Source: Dehalococcoidia bacterium | GTDB taxonomy: Bacteria > Chloroflexota > Dehalococcoidia > JAUSIH01 | DNA: 64,000 bases | NCBI GenBank assembly: GCA_030648205.1 | Contig: JAUSIH010000046.1 | Location: 67,147 to 131,146 of the forward strand | Direction: 5' to 3' | In this document: in pieces, positions 48,316 through 58,277 of the stretch | Layout of the letters: each line of letters starts with the position of its first letter | Position numbering within the stretch: position 1 is the stretch's first letter | Program-made: the position numbers and the translations under genes | The notes under the pieces: model-generated | The model's input: only the letters and a program-made list of their open reading frames with translations | Database searches by the model: none | What the model was told of the DNA's origin: nothing

Positions 48316-48513
48316 ATGTGGATGGAGTACAAAAAGGCTCCGAACCAGATGATGGCCGAGATGTGGAAGGAACTCCTCGAGGCCGAGGGGCTTCCGTGCC
48401 GCATTCTGCCCGAAGGTGACGTCCTGAACAACTGGAGCGAGGTGTCCCGCTGGCGTGTGCTGGTGCCCCGTGGCCGCGAGCACGTAGCCGACGAGATCCT
48501 GCGGAAGGTCTAA
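48316..48513 (+). CDS. Small DUF2007-like protein inserted between nuoK and nuoL
   Basis: 65-aa ORF. AEMWKELLEAEGLPCRILP...WRVLVPRGREHVADEIL resembles the DUF2007 (putative signal-transducing, PII-like) family. Tightly packed with nuoL (ATG 48516). Confidence 0.5.
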   Translation: MWMEYKKAPNQMMAEMWKELLEAEGLPCRILPEGDVLNNWSEVSRWRVLVPRGREHVADEILRKV

Positions 48514-48515
48514 CG

Positions 48516-50510
48516 ATGTCCGAGACGCTCGGCTGGCTCATCCTGGTTCTGCCGCTGCTCGCGTTTGTCCTCACCGGCCTGGTCTTCCGGCCGCTCGTGG
48601 GCAGCCGCACGCGCGTGGCGGCGGCGCTGACCATCCTGAGCATCGGCGCGGCGTTCCTCCTGTCGGTGGTGGTCTTGCAGGCGGTGCTCCAGGCTCCCAA
48701 CCACCACATTGAGTTCAACCACGAGTGGCTGGCCGTCGGGCCGCTGACGTTGAGCGTGGGCCTGCTCTTCGACCCGCTGACGGCGGTCATGCTGATCGTC
48801 GTCTCAGGGGTCAGCCTGCTCATCCAGATTTACTCGCTGGCTTACATGAAGGAAGACCCCAGCTACGCGCGCTTCTTCGCGTACATGGCGTTGTTCACCG
48901 CTTCCATGCTGGGGCTGGTGCTTGCCAACAACCTGCTCATGGTGTACGCCTTCTGGGAGTTGGTGGGCCTGTGTTCGTACTTGCTCATCGGCTTCTGGTT
49001 CCACAAGCCCGCGGCGGCCGCGGCGGCCAAGAAGGCCTTCCTGGTCACACGTCTGGGCGACTTCGGGTTCCTGGCAGCATTGGTGTTCACCGCCGTCACC
49101 GTGGGGACGCTCAACCTGGGCGATTTGAACGGGCTGGCCGAGGCGGAGAAGATCGGCGCGGGGGCGCTGACGGTCCTGGCGCTGGGCGTCTTCGCGGGCG
49201 CCGTGGGGAAGTCCGGCCAGTTCCCGCTGCACGTCTGGCTGCCCGACGCCATGGAAGGCCCGACTCCTGTCAGCGCCCTTATCCATGCGGCCACGATGGT
49301 CGCGGCGGGCGTGTTCCTGGTCGGACGGCTGTTTCCCCTGTTCAGCCACTCGCCGGACGCAATGCAGGTCGTCGCCATCATCGGCGGGTTCACGGCCATC
49401 TTCGCCGCCAGCATGGGCCTGGTCGTGAACGACATCAAGCGGGTGATGGCCTACTCCACGGTCAGCCAGCTTGGCTACATGATGAGGTCGCTGGGCCTGG
49501 GCGGGTACGTGGCCGCCATCTTCCACCTGTTCAACCACGCCTTCTTCAAGGCGCTCCTCTTCATGGGCGCGGGCAGTGTCAGCCACACCTCCGGCGGCAC
49601 GTTCAACATGCAGTACATGGGCGGCCTGCGCAAGGCCATGCCCTGGACGTTCACCGTTCTGATGGTCGCCTCCCTCAGCCTCTCCGGCATCCCGCCCTTC
49701 TCCGGCTTCTGGAGCAAGGACGAGATACTGGCCCAGGCGTGGGCGCGGAACCCGGTCCTGTTCTGGATGGCGCTGGCCGCGGCCTTCATGACCGCGTTCT
49801 ATGTGTTCCGCATGATGTTCCTCACCTTCGCCGGTGCGTACCGCGGCGGCGCCGAGGCGGAGCAGAAGGCTGGAGCGCACCCCGCCTTGCGGGGCACGGT
49901 GGCCCAGGGCGCGCACGACGCATCCGTCCACGCATCCGCAGCGCAGGGTCACGGGGAGCGCCACGGGCTGCACGAGTCGCCGTGGGTCATGGTGGCGCCG
50001 ATGGCGCTGCTGGCCGTCCCCGCGCTGCTGTCCGGCCTGGTGAACGTGCCGTTCAGCGGCCTGGGCGTGCCCGCCCACTGGCTGGGCGACTTCATGGGCG
50101 AGAGAAAGCCGGAGGAGTTCAACGTGCAGGTCTCGCTGCTCGCGACGGTCGTCGCGCTGACGGGCATCGGGGCCGCCTACGTGGTGTACGGCGCGAAGTG
50201 GCTCAGCGCCGAGGCCTTGGGCCGCACCTTCAAGCCCGTGTATATTCTGCTCTCGCGTCGCTACTTCATTGACGACCTGTACGAGAAGGTGCTCGTGGGC
50301 GTGGTGTTCTACGGCGGGGTCTGCCGTGCCCTGGACTGGTTCGACCATACGGTCGTGGATGGCGTGGTGAACAGCGTGGGCTGGGTGGGCCGGAACACTG
50401 GCCGGGGCGTGGCGCGTATCCAGACGGGGCAGCTCCAGGCGTCCGCGGCGGGCATCACCGTCGGCCTCGTGGTCATCGTGATCGCGTACCTGCTGCTGGC
50501 GAGGCCATAA
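48516..50510 (+). CDS. nuoL: NADH-quinone oxidoreductase subunit L
   Basis: 664-aa antiporter-like subunit with the long C-terminal helix region. Confidence 0.9.
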   Translation: MSETLGWLILVLPLLAFVLTGLVFRPLVGSRTRVAAALTILSIGAAFLLSVVVLQAVLQAPNHHIEFNHEWLAVGPLTLSVGLLFDPLTAVMLIVVSGVSLLIQIYSLAYMKEDPSYARFFAYMALFTASMLGLVLANNLLMVYAFWELVGLCSYLLIGFWFHKPAAAAAAKKAFLVTRLGDFGFLAALVFTAVTVGTLNLGDLNGLAEAEKIGAGALTVLALGVFAGAVGKSGQFPLHVWLPDAMEGPTPVSALIHAATMVAAGVFLVGRLFPLFSHSPDAMQVVAIIGGFTAIFAASMGLVVNDIKRVMAYSTVSQLGYMMRSLGLGGYVAAIFHLFNHAFFKALLFMGAGSVSHTSGGTFNMQYMGGLRKAMPWTFTVLMVASLSLSGIPPFSGFWSKDEILAQAWARNPVLFWMALAAAFMTAFYVFRMMFLTFAGAYRGGAEAEQKAGAHPALRGTVAQGAHDASVHASAAQGHGERHGLHESPWVMVAPMALLAVPALLSGLVNVPFSGLGVPAHWLGDFMGERKPEEFNVQVSLLATVVALTGIGAAYVVYGAKWLSAEALGRTFKPVYILLSRRYFIDDLYEKVLVGVVFYGGVCRALDWFDHTVVDGVVNSVGWVGRNTGRGVARIQTGQLQASAAGITVGLVVIVIAYLLLARP

Positions 50511-50538
50511 CGATGTTCCGCTTGAGGAGCGTAGCCGT

Positions 50539-52005
50539 ATGACTTTCCCCTGGCTCTCGCTCATCGTCTTCCTGCCCGCCGCGGGAGCTATCGTCATCGC
50601 GGTCTTTCTGCGCGGCGTGCGGACGATCCGCTGGACGGCTGCGCTGTTCTCCGGGGCCACGCTGGTCCTGACGCTGCTGCTGGCCGCTGACTTCAATCTG
50701 GCGAATGCAACGTTGCCCCAGTACGTGGAGAAGGCCGCGTGGCTGCCGCAGCTTCACGTCCAGTACTTCCTGGGTGTGGATGGGCTGAGCGTGCCTCTGG
50801 TGGCGCTGACCGGCATCCTGGGGTTCTGCGCCGTCCTCGCTTCGTGGAGCATCACCACGCGCGTGCGGGAGTATTTCCTCTGGCTCCTCCTTCTGGAGAC
50901 CGGCGTGATGGGCGTCTTCACCTCCCTGGACTTCCTTATGTTCTTCCTGTTCTGGGAGGTGGAGCTGGTGCCCATGTACCTGCTCATCTCCATCTGGGGC
51001 ACGGGGCGCAAGGAATACTCGGCGATGAAGTTTCTCATCTACACCATCATGGGCAGCGCCTTCATGCTCGTCGGCATCCTGGCGTTGTTCTTCTCCGCCG
51101 GCACGTTCGACATGACGGAGCTGGCGAAGACGCCCCTTCAACCCGTTATCCTGAGCGCTCAGGCCATCTTCTTCCTGATATTCCTGGCGTTCGCCATCAA
51201 GCTGCCTATCTGGCCTCTGCACACATGGCTTCCCGACGCCCATACCGACGCGCCGACCGCCGTCAGCATCATGCTGGCGGGTGTCCTGCTGAAGATGGGC
51301 GGCTACGGGATGCTCCGCATCTCCCTGACTATCATGCCGGACGTGGCGAAGCAATGGGCGTGGTTCCTGGTGGCCCTGGCGGTGGTGAATATCCTTTATG
51401 GGGCCGCCGTTACCCTGCGCCAGACGGACCTCAAGAAGATGATCGCGTACTCCAGCGTGAGCCACATGGGGTACGTCCTGCTCGGTATCGCCTCGCTGGG
51501 ACAGGTGGGGCTGACCGGTGCATCGCTCCAGATGTTCACGCACGGCACCATCACGGGCCTGCTGTTCCTGATGGTGGGCGTCACCTACGAGCGGACGCAC
51601 ACCCGTCAGATACCGGAGATGGGCGGTCTGGCAAAGCGCATGCCCATCATCGCCGTGGGCTTCGTGCTGGCGGGGCTGGCATCGCTGGGACTGCCCAGCA
51701 TGAGCGGCTTCGTCGCGGAGCTGACGGTGTTCCTGGGGGCCTTCCCCATGTGGCCGGTGGCGACGGTCCTTGCGATTTTCGGCGTGGTGCTCTCCGCGGG
51801 CTACATCCTGTGGACGCTGCAGCGGGTATTCTTTGGGCCGGAGAGCGGCCATTTCCACGACCTGCGTGACGCCCGTCCCGTGGAGGTCATAGCCATCCTG
51901 ACGTTGCTGGCGCCCATCTTCCTAGTCGGCGTGTACCCGGCGGTCCTGATAAGCTACTTCAATGCAGGGGTGATGCCGATTGTCGCCCGGCTGGTCCAGA
52001 TATGA
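50539..52005 (+). CDS. nuoM: NADH-quinone oxidoreductase subunit M
   Basis: 488-aa antiporter-like subunit (WLPDAHTDAPT). Confidence 0.9.
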   Translation: MTFPWLSLIVFLPAAGAIVIAVFLRGVRTIRWTAALFSGATLVLTLLLAADFNLANATLPQYVEKAAWLPQLHVQYFLGVDGLSVPLVALTGILGFCAVLASWSITTRVREYFLWLLLLETGVMGVFTSLDFLMFFLFWEVELVPMYLLISIWGTGRKEYSAMKFLIYTIMGSAFMLVGILALFFSAGTFDMTELAKTPLQPVILSAQAIFFLIFLAFAIKLPIWPLHTWLPDAHTDAPTAVSIMLAGVLLKMGGYGMLRISLTIMPDVAKQWAWFLVALAVVNILYGAAVTLRQTDLKKMIAYSSVSHMGYVLLGIASLGQVGLTGASLQMFTHGTITGLLFLMVGVTYERTHTRQIPEMGGLAKRMPIIAVGFVLAGLASLGLPSMSGFVAELTVFLGAFPMWPVATVLAIFGVVLSAGYILWTLQRVFFGPESGHFHDLRDARPVEVIAILTLLAPIFLVGVYPAVLISYFNAGVMPIVARLVQI

Positions 52006-52481
52006 CGTTGGCTCAGGCCGTGGACAGCGCGATGGGGGTGGGCCGCATCATCGTGGCGGTGGGCGCCGTCATTGAGGATCGAAGCGGGAGCGTCCTGCTG
52101 GTGAGGCACAGGCCGGAGCGCAAGGGCTTCTGGCAGGGGCGATGGATCTGCCCCGGCGGCAAGCTGGAACTGGGTGAAGAAATCCGCGAGGGCGTCCTGC
52201 GCGAGGTGTGGGAGGAGACCCGCTTGGAGGTGGAGTTGACGGAGCCTTTGCCTCCCTTTGAGCGCATCGTGAGGGACGGGGACGGGACGGCCTTGCACGT
52301 CATCTACATAGACTACAAAGCCCGGCTGGCGGGCGGCGTCCTCCGGCCCGGCGGCGACGTGGGAGAGGCGCGATGGGCCGCGCGCGGCGAGATGCCCCTG
52401 CTGCTGCCGGAGTTGCATGAGGACACGGCGAAGCTGCTGCGCCTGGCGGGCGTGCTGCCGGCGCGGGCCGGTCGAATCTGA
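52002..52481 (+). CDS. NUDIX hydrolase inserted between nuoM and nuoN
   Basis: Nudix box GGKLELGEEIREGVLREVWEETRLEV; ATGA start/stop overlap with nuoM. Confidence 0.8.
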   Translation: MTLAQAVDSAMGVGRIIVAVGAVIEDRSGSVLLVRHRPERKGFWQGRWICPGGKLELGEEIREGVLREVWEETRLEVELTEPLPPFERIVRDGDGTALHVIYIDYKARLAGGVLRPGGDVGEARWAARGEMPLLLPELHEDTAKLLRLAGVLPARAGRI

Positions 52482-52504
52482 TACGCAGTGGGGCTGACTG
52501 ACCG

Positions 52505-53947
52505 ATGAACCTGTATTACATAAGCCCGGAACTCAGCATGATCGTGCTGGCGATTGTGGTGGTCTTGCTGGACCTGGCCGTGCAGAAGAAGGGCATCCTG
52601 ACGGCGGTCAGCGTCGTGGGCCTGGCGGTTCCCCTCTACCTCACGCTGACGCTGTCGGGCGCGGTGGCCGGAGCGGCGGGCGGCCGCGCGCTCACGTTCT
52701 CCGACATGTTCATCGTGGACTCGTACAGCCTGTTTTTCAAGGTGCTCTTCATCGCCGTCGCCGCGCTGGTTATCCTGGCCTCGCAAGACTACATGGTCAA
52801 GATGAAGCGCTTCCACGGCGAGTATCTGGCGCTCGTGCTGTTCTGCACCTCCGGATTCATGTTCCTTGCGTCCTCCGGAGAGCTCATCACCATCTATCTC
52901 TCGCTGGAGCTGACGGCGCTCTCCCTGGCCGTCCTCATCTGCTTCCTGAAGGACGGCCGCTCGACTGAGGCCAGCATCAAGTTCCTGCTGCTGAGCGCCA
53001 TCAGCTCGGCGGTGATGCTCTATGGCATGGCGCTCGTCTTCGGGCTGACGGGCACGACGAAGTTGGGGGAGATAGCCCAGAGTATCGGGAGCGTTTCCCA
53101 CATGGTCCAGCAGCCGGCGCTGCTGATGGGCGTGGTGTTCATCATAACGGGCTTCGGCTTCAAGGTGGCAAGCGTGCCGTTCCAGATGTGGGTGCCGGAC
53201 GTTTATGAGGGCGCGCCCACGCCGGTGACGGCCTTCCTCTCCGTGGCGTCCAAGGCGGCGGGATTCGCCGTGCTGCTGCGGGTGCTCTACATGGCGTTCG
53301 GCGCCGTGAGCGAGGACTGGGGTCTGCTCTTCGCGGTGCTGGCGGCTTTGTCCATGTTCCTCGGCAACCTGGTGGCCGTAGCGCAGTCGAACGTAAAGCG
53401 CATGCTGGCGTACAGCACCATCGCCCACGCGGGGTACCTGCTCATCGGCCTGGCGGCCACGTCCGCGCTGGGAACCGGCGCTGTCCTGTTCTACTTGGCG
53501 GCCTACGCTATCACCAACCTGGGCGCTTTCTTCGCGATCATAGCCATCACCAACAAGACGGGCAGCGACAACATCGCCGACTTCACGGGCATGGCCCAGC
53601 GCGCGCCGGTGCTGTCCTTCGTGCTGGCCGTATGCCTCGTGTCTCTGACGGGCGTCCCGCCCACGGCGGTATTCTGGGCCAAGATATACTTGTTCAACGC
53701 CGCCATTCAGAGCAACCTGGTGTGGCTGGTGGTCGTGGGCGTGGCGAACAGTGTCATCTCCGCCTACTTCTACATGCGTGTCATCAAGGTGATGTACCTG
53801 GGCCAACCCGCCTCCGACGAGCGCGTGCCCTCCTCTGGCGCCCTGCGGCTTGCCCTGGCCATCACGGGCATCGGCGTCATCGTCATTGGTCTGCTGCCCG
53901 CTCCTCTGCTGCGGGCCGCGGAGGTTGCTCTCACCCGCTTCCCATAG
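52505..53947 (+). CDS. nuoN: NADH-quinone oxidoreductase subunit N
   Basis: 480-aa antiporter-like subunit. Confidence 0.9.
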   Translation: MNLYYISPELSMIVLAIVVVLLDLAVQKKGILTAVSVVGLAVPLYLTLTLSGAVAGAAGGRALTFSDMFIVDSYSLFFKVLFIAVAALVILASQDYMVKMKRFHGEYLALVLFCTSGFMFLASSGELITIYLSLELTALSLAVLICFLKDGRSTEASIKFLLLSAISSAVMLYGMALVFGLTGTTKLGEIAQSIGSVSHMVQQPALLMGVVFIITGFGFKVASVPFQMWVPDVYEGAPTPVTAFLSVASKAAGFAVLLRVLYMAFGAVSEDWGLLFAVLAALSMFLGNLVAVAQSNVKRMLAYSTIAHAGYLLIGLAATSALGTGAVLFYLAAYAITNLGAFFAIIAITNKTGSDNIADFTGMAQRAPVLSFVLAVCLVSLTGVPPTAVFWAKIYLFNAAIQSNLVWLVVVGVANSVISAYFYMRVIKVMYLGQPASDERVPSSGALRLALAITGIGVIVIGLLPAPLLRAAEVALTRFP

Positions 53948-54057
53948 GCCGCTTCCGTTCCTATACTGCGACGCCTGCGGAATCCCGGTTCTGTCTGGTT
54001 TGGTGGATGCGGCGTATCCTGTCAAGACGTTTGGTGCAGGGCAGGGCTATCCAAAAC

Positions 54058-54150
54058 ATGGAGCGCCCCCTCGCCGAGGGAAGGCCTCGGTCCCTGGTGC
54101 AGATGGCGACTGGCAGCGGGAAGACCTGCATGGCCTGTCTCATTACGTCG
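54058..54150 (+). pseudogene. Relic of an SF2 helicase / restriction-enzyme gene (helicase motif I only), embedded in a 490-bp lower-GC intergenic region
   Basis: Short frame encodes MERPLAEGRPRSLVQMATGSGKTCMACLI, matching motif I (xxxMATGSGKT) of type I/III restriction R subunits and related helicases. The frame then breaks; no downstream helicase motifs. Confidence 0.3.
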
Positions 54151-54436
54151 CGGAGGACTCGTTCAACCCTGTCCTGGACCCCAAGGTCACACCCGTGCCC
54201 AAGGTGTACTACAAGAGCGAGTCGGCCCCTGAGGCAATTCGTGCGCTTGACAACGTCACACCATCGTGATAAATATGAGCGGACTCGATTCAGCCCAGGC
54301 GACAAGGAACCCGCCACCGACGGCTTCCATCGTCTGTTCAAGCGAAAAGTCCGCGAAAACGCGCTTGGCGCTCTACCAACTGGTGGCGTCTTGCTTCTCA
54401 ATCAGCCGGAGAACTGGTTTCACAGGAGGCAGACCG

Positions 54437-56206
54437 ATGACCTCTCTAGTTTCGATGACGCGAACGCTGAGCGCTTTGATCCTTGCCGCCCTTGTGGTCG
54501 CGGCCTGCGCGCCCGCCGCGTCGCCTGCTCCTTCAGCGCCGTCCCAGTCTCCCGTGGGGCCTGCCGTGGCGGCGACCCCGGCGGCAGCACCGGCGCCGAC
54601 GCGTCCCGCGGCGCAGCCTTCGCCCACGCCTGCGCCGGAGCGGCCCGCGGCTGCGGCTCCCCCTACCCCTGTCGCCGCGCGCACGGGCGAGACACCCAAA
54701 CGCGGCGGCGTGCTTACGTACTGGTCCAGAACGAGCGCGCCCACCTTTGACCCCCACCGGAACCGCCTGAGCCTGACGTACGGGGCCGGAAGTCCTATCT
54801 TTGACACCCTCGTGCGCCACTCCTTCGACGACAAGACGGTCATCCAGCCCGCGATCGCTTCGCGCTGGGAGGTGAGCGGCGACGGTACTGTGTACACTTT
54901 CTCCCTGGACCCCGCCAATCGCTGGCATGATGGGAAGTCCGTGACCGCCGAGGACGTAGTCTTCAGTCTGGAGAAGATGGTGGACAAGAACCGGGCCGTG
55001 GACACCGTCCGCCTCTTTCCCACGTTCAAGAAAGCGGAGGCTGTAAATGCCCAGACGGTGAAGGTGCAGCTCTCCAGCGCCAGTTCCAATTTCCTGAACT
55101 TTTTGACGGTAGGCTATTCCGTTGTCCTTCCCAAACACGTGGCCGGTGCAGACGTGAGCGATAAGTCCACCGCATTTCTCGTCGGGTCGGGCCCCTTCAA
55201 GCTGAAGCGGGACATCCCCGGCGTCAGCTGGGAGGTGGAACGCAATCCCAACTACCACATCCAGGGGCTCCCGTACTTGGACGGGATCAAGAACTACGTC
55301 ATCGCGGACAGGGGCACGCAGATTGCGGCCCTGGTCACCGGCCGGGTGGACATGGCCCACCCCTCAGTCGCCTACAGCGCCAAGGAGGAGATAGACGACC
55401 TGATAGCCAGCGCTCCGAAGGCGATTGTCCAGTACACGGCCTATCCCACCTTGCGGAACGTCTGGCTCAATTTCAAGACCAATGACGCTCCCTGGCGCGA
55501 CGCGCGCGTCCGCCAGGCCCTGCGCTTGGTCGTGGACCAGAAGGAGATTATCCTGGGCGCCTCGGGGAGCGAGAAGTTCGGCACCGCTGGAGGGTACGGA
55601 GCGCCGGGTACGCCGTTTGCCTTGCCGGAGGCGGATCTGAACAAGGCCCTGGGCTATGATATGCCCAACGCACAGCGGGTGCAGAAGGCTAAGGACCTCC
55701 TGAAGGAAGCAGGCTATCCAAACGGGTTCAAGGCTAAGCTCCTGGTGCGCTCCGCCAATCCTCTGTTCACTCGCGTTGCGCAAATCGTGGCGGACCAGGT
55801 CAAGCGGATAGGGGTGGAGCTGACGCTCGACCATCAAGAAGTGGCCGTCGCCTCGGGCCGCGTCCTGAAGGGGGAATTCGAGTGGTATCTGGAGGCCGTG
55901 ACCGGCACTATAGGCGACCCTGATGAGCTAATCAGCGCCTGGCGCACCGGCGAGGTGAGCAACTACGGCGGGTATACCAATCCTGCCTTCGACAAGCTCT
56001 ACGCGGAAAGCCTCCGCGTCCTGGGAGCCGAGCGGGTAGCAAAGGTGCAGGCGGCGGAGCGGGAGCTATGGAAGGATATCCCTTCTCTGGGTCTCTACTA
56101 CACCGGGTATGCCATGGCCTGGCAGCCATATGTGAAGGGGTTCCGAAACCCGGACACGTTCTACTTTTCCTGGAGCCTCTTCGACAAGGTCTGGCTGGAC
56201 AAATAA
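54437..56206 (+). CDS. ABC transporter substrate-binding lipoprotein, family 5, with a Pro/Ala/Ser-rich linker
   Basis: ATG 54437 after AGGAGG; lipobox LVVAAC; linker APAASPAPSAPSQSPVGPAVAATPAAAPAPTRPAAQPSPTPAPERP; SBP_bac_5 body. Confidence 0.85.
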   Translation: MTSLVSMTRTLSALILAALVVAACAPAASPAPSAPSQSPVGPAVAATPAAAPAPTRPAAQPSPTPAPERPAAAAPPTPVAARTGETPKRGGVLTYWSRTSAPTFDPHRNRLSLTYGAGSPIFDTLVRHSFDDKTVIQPAIASRWEVSGDGTVYTFSLDPANRWHDGKSVTAEDVVFSLEKMVDKNRAVDTVRLFPTFKKAEAVNAQTVKVQLSSASSNFLNFLTVGYSVVLPKHVAGADVSDKSTAFLVGSGPFKLKRDIPGVSWEVERNPNYHIQGLPYLDGIKNYVIADRGTQIAALVTGRVDMAHPSVAYSAKEEIDDLIASAPKAIVQYTAYPTLRNVWLNFKTNDAPWRDARVRQALRLVVDQKEIILGASGSEKFGTAGGYGAPGTPFALPEADLNKALGYDMPNAQRVQKAKDLLKEAGYPNGFKAKLLVRSANPLFTRVAQIVADQVKRIGVELTLDHQEVAVASGRVLKGEFEWYLEAVTGTIGDPDELISAWRTGEVSNYGGYTNPAFDKLYAESLRVLGAERVAKVQAAERELWKDIPSLGLYYTGYAMAWQPYVKGFRNPDTFYFSWSLFDKVWLDK

Positions 56207-56284
56207 AATCGGCCTGAGGCCTTGCTCTCCTCTGGCGGAAATGCGCCGCGTGAAGAGGACATCCCATAAGGAGAGACGAAAAAA

Positions 56285-57427
56285 ATGGACTTCGCTCTCG
56301 CGCCGGCGGACCTGGAGCTGAAGGAGCGCGTCGCCCGCTTTGCCCGCGATGTTCTGGCGCCTCTCGCTCCGGAGGCCGACGAGTCCCATCAGGTCCGGCG
56401 GGACGTGGCCCAGGCCTTGGCCCGGCAAGGGATATTCAGGTACGTCGTGCCGACGGAGCACGGCGGCGCGGGCGTCCGCGTCGTGGCCCTGTGCATCATT
56501 CGGGAAGAGCTGAGCAAGGTGTGCGACCACGCCGACCTGCTTTTCGCCATGCAGGGGCTTGGCTCCTTCCCTATCGCCCTGCACGGATCGCCCGATCTCC
56601 AGCGCCAGTATCTGCCTCGCGCCGCCTCGGGAGAGGTCCTGGCGACCTTCGCGCTGACGGAGCCTGAAGGCGGCTCGGACGTCCTGGGCATGCGGACGAC
56701 GGCGGTGCTGGCCGGGAGCGAGTGGACCATCACCGGCAGCAAGCGGTACGTGAGCGAGGCCACGGATGCCGACTTTTTCACCCTGTTCGTGAAGACAGAC
56801 CCCGATAAAGGGAGCCGCTCCCTGACGGCCTTCGTCCTGGACCGCACGATGCCGGGGGTAAAGGCCACACCTATCCGGATGGGCGCTGTGCACCCCATCG
56901 GCCAGCTTGACTTCCAGGGTTGCCGCGTACCCGACGCCCGGCGGATAGGAGAGCGGGGGCATGGCCTGCGGGTGGCCCTGGGCACTCTGGACACCTTCCG
57001 GACGACGGTCGCGGCCCACGCCGTCGGCATGGCCCAGACGGCCCTGGACCTGGCGCTGGCCTACGCTCGTCAACGCCGCGCGTTCGGCAATCCCCTAGTC
57101 GAATTCCAGGCCATTCAGTTCAAGCTGGCGGACATGGCGTGCGACGTGGATATCGCCCGCCTGGTCACCTACCGGGCCGCCTGGCTCAAGGACAGCGGGG
57201 CGCCCTCCGTAGTCAAGGAAAGCTCCATGGCTAAGCTCATCGCCACGGAGGCGGCGCAGCGTGTCGTGGACGAGTCGCTGCAAATCCACGGGGCGCGGGG
57301 CCTGGAGCAGGGGAGCGTTATTGAGCGGCTCTATCGCTCTGTCCGTGCGCCGCGCATCTACGAGGGCACCAGCGAGGTCCAGCGGTTGACCATCGCGCGG
57401 CAACTCCTGCGGGAAGTCGCGCCGTGA
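56285..57427 (+). CDS. Acyl-CoA dehydrogenase
   Basis: FALTEPEGGSDV and a C-terminal YEGTSEVQRLTIARQLL motif; 380 aa. Confidence 0.9.
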   Translation: MDFALAPADLELKERVARFARDVLAPLAPEADESHQVRRDVAQALARQGIFRYVVPTEHGGAGVRVVALCIIREELSKVCDHADLLFAMQGLGSFPIALHGSPDLQRQYLPRAASGEVLATFALTEPEGGSDVLGMRTTAVLAGSEWTITGSKRYVSEATDADFFTLFVKTDPDKGSRSLTAFVLDRTMPGVKATPIRMGAVHPIGQLDFQGCRVPDARRIGERGHGLRVALGTLDTFRTTVAAHAVGMAQTALDLALAYARQRRAFGNPLVEFQAIQFKLADMACDVDIARLVTYRAAWLKDSGAPSVVKESSMAKLIATEAAQRVVDESLQIHGARGLEQGSVIERLYRSVRAPRIYEGTSEVQRLTIARQLLREVAP

Positions 57428-58248
57428 TCGTGGACAGCCACACTCATGCCGCCCCGGACAAGATCGCCCGGGCGGTGGAGCAGGCCAGCCAGAATACACT
57501 CCAGGCCGGCGGTGTCCACCTCCATGACTCCATGACAGTGGGGGCGCTTGTAGCTGCCCTCCGGCGACACGGGATAGACCGGGCCGTGGTCTTCTGCGTG
57601 GCGGAAAAGCCCTCCGTCGTGACGAAGGCCAACGACTTCCTCTTCGGCGCCGCGGCGGAGCACCCCTTCCTGGCCGCCTGCTGCACGATTCACCCGGAAT
57701 CCGAGGATGCCGAGCGGGAGATCGCCCGCATCCGCCGACTGGGCGGATGCGGCATCAAGTTCCATCCCGTGTTTCAGAGCTTTCTGGCCGATGAGCCACG
57801 AATGCTCCGCATCTACGAACTGATGGGCGCTGACCTGGTGGCTTACTTCCACTGCGGCCACGACCCCTCCCGGCCCGGACAGGAGTCCGGGGTGACCCCG
57901 GCGCGACTGGCCCGCATCCGGGAGCTTTTCCCTCAGTTGAGGATTGTGGCGGCCCACCTGGGCGGGTACGGCATGGCCCAGGAGGTCCGGCGCTTTCTTG
58001 TGGGGAGGGACTTCTTCTTCGATACATCGTGGGTGCCCTCGGTGGCTGATCTGAACCCCCGGGAAGTCGTGGCCCTGGTTCGCGACCACGGGGTCCATCG
58101 CGTCCTTTTCGGCTCCGATTTCCCCTGGACAGACCTGACGGCCCAGTTACAGTGGGTCAGGGGCCTGTCCCTCACCGAGGAGGAGCGGGAGTTGGTCCTG
58201 GGGGGCAACGCCAGCAGGCTCTTCTGGGGACGGAGCAGCGCGGCCTGA
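57424..58248 (+). CDS. Amidohydrolase-2 family (TIM-barrel metal-dependent hydrolase) protein
   Basis: MIVDSHTHAAPD N-terminus, HCGHD, DTSW motifs; GTG start overlapping the upstream stop. Confidence 0.75.
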   Translation: MIVDSHTHAAPDKIARAVEQASQNTLQAGGVHLHDSMTVGALVAALRRHGIDRAVVFCVAEKPSVVTKANDFLFGAAAEHPFLAACCTIHPESEDAEREIARIRRLGGCGIKFHPVFQSFLADEPRMLRIYELMGADLVAYFHCGHDPSRPGQESGVTPARLARIRELFPQLRIVAAHLGGYGMAQEVRRFLVGRDFFFDTSWVPSVADLNPREVVALVRDHGVHRVLFGSDFPWTDLTAQLQWVRGLSLTEEERELVLGGNASRLFWGRSSAA

Positions 58249-58277
58249 GCTAAAGGTTCAAGTCAGGAGGAGGCATC

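Noticed and set aside
53850-54269. 139-aa and other ORFs in the nuoN-SBP intergenic region as real genes
   Set aside because: They overlap in multiple frames, lack RBSs and have arbitrary composition. Only the short helicase motif-I segment looks like former coding sequence, so the region is treated as a decayed relic.
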